The notes under the pieces are model-generated. The model worked only from the letters and a program-made list of their open reading frames with translations. It was not told the DNA's origin and searched no databases. Positions 63,036 to 64,000 of a stretch of 64,000 bases of DNA are shown one piece after another. Origin of the DNA: Takakia lepidozioides (Eukaryota > Plantae > Bryophyta); NCBI GenBank assembly GCA_030704615.1, contig CM060734.1, positions 10,912,001 to 10,976,000 on the forward strand, written 5' to 3'. Position 1 is the stretch's first letter; every line of letters begins with the position of its first letter. A program made the translations under genes and the position numbers.

Positions 63036-64000
63036 TCAACGCTTCTTCCGTTTTTGAGGTCGCCCTTCAAAAACTGCAACCGCCTCGGATGCGTTTCCCA
63101 TTTCTGAGGCACGCACCCAAGATGCCTCCACATGATGATAGCCCTTCCATTTGACGAGATACTCCGTTTCTCGGTTCTTGAACCTCCTCGACTTAAGTAC
63201 TGCCTCCACCTCATACTCAGGTTCATTTTCATGATCCAACAGCACAGGTGGCAGACGCAACACTTGATGTCGATTCGGACGCGCTTCATCTTTGAAGTAA
63301 GGCTTCAAAAATGAGACGTGGAATACTGGATGCACCTTGCTGTTTGCCGACAGCTCCAATTCATACATATCCTCATTCATAACCTTCCGGATGCGAAAGG
63401 GTCCCGCATATGGAGGTACGAACTTTGGACTCACTTCTGGAGGTAGTCGAAAATTCTTGATGTTCAACCATACCTCCGTGCCTGCCTCAAACTTCACTTC
63501 CCTCCGCTTCCGATTTGCTTGCCTTTCATACCGTTTCCTAGCTTTGGCAATGTTGTACTTTGCGAGCTTCAACAAACGCTCGCGTTCTTCCAGTACCGCC
63601 GCTACTGCCGGTTCCTCAACGTCCTGGGCGGCCCAACTTGTCGGCACCAGAGGTGCTTTTCCATAGACCAATATGAAAGGGGAAACTCTCGTTGCGGAGT
63701 GTTTTGTGTTATTATAACAGAACTCAGCCGCGTCTAAGTGTTCCACCCAGTCTGTTTGGTCTGCCGACACGTAATTCCGCAAGATCTGCTTCACTACGGA
63801 ATTCATTCTTTCCGTTTGGCCGTCGGTCGTAGGTTGGAAGGCGGTGCTCATCTTTAGCCTCGTCCCCATCTTCTTCCAAAGTGCCCTCCAAAATTTACTC
63901 GTAAACTTTGGATCGCGGTCCGAGACAATATCCTTCGGGACTCCATGATACTTTAAGACGTGGGCGAAGTAAAGTCGCCCTGTTTCATGTGCCGTTGCCG
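63036..64000 (-). mobile_element. Chromovirus integrase C-terminus + chromodomain (continues beyond the window)
   Basis: SDRDPKFTS, PTTDGQTER, GPF, VHPVFHVSFLKPY, EYEVEAVL..EYLVKWKGY..SW. Confidence 0.95.

Overview
Transposon-rich land-plant nuclear DNA (probably a non-seed plant; inferred, not proven). The only clearly intact host gene is a two-exon chloroplast thioredoxin m (58028-59292, -). There are also decayed host-type genes (IBH1-like atypical bHLH, PLS-PPR fragment). The rest is nested mobile DNA: four copies of one Ty3/gypsy chromovirus LTR with pol/INT-chromodomain remnants, a second gypsy element, a copia remnant, Helitron-like ends, a ~7.6 kb foldback, a CACTA-like ORF2 and a kinase gene between palindrome arrays. 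The main discovery candidate is an apparent large Mutator-like (MULE) family seen at about 3.2-15.5 kb, 29.8-32.6 kb and 46.8-55.2 kb. It combines a GCM-like zinc finger + MULE DDE + SWIM transposase, a spliced ParB/Srx + beta-class DNA amino-methyltransferase gene with a non-canonical DIPDG motif, a RING-H2 gene and small orphan genes. These pieces are linked by a shared terminus-like motif, a shared N-terminal protein domain, and a 22-bp palindrome (GGAAATGCGG-NN-CCGCATTTCC) found in phased arrays and inside the methyltransferase introns. Most TE genes carry frameshifts or stops (decay and/or homopolymer errors), so proteins were reconstructed by eye across frames and many boundaries are approximate.
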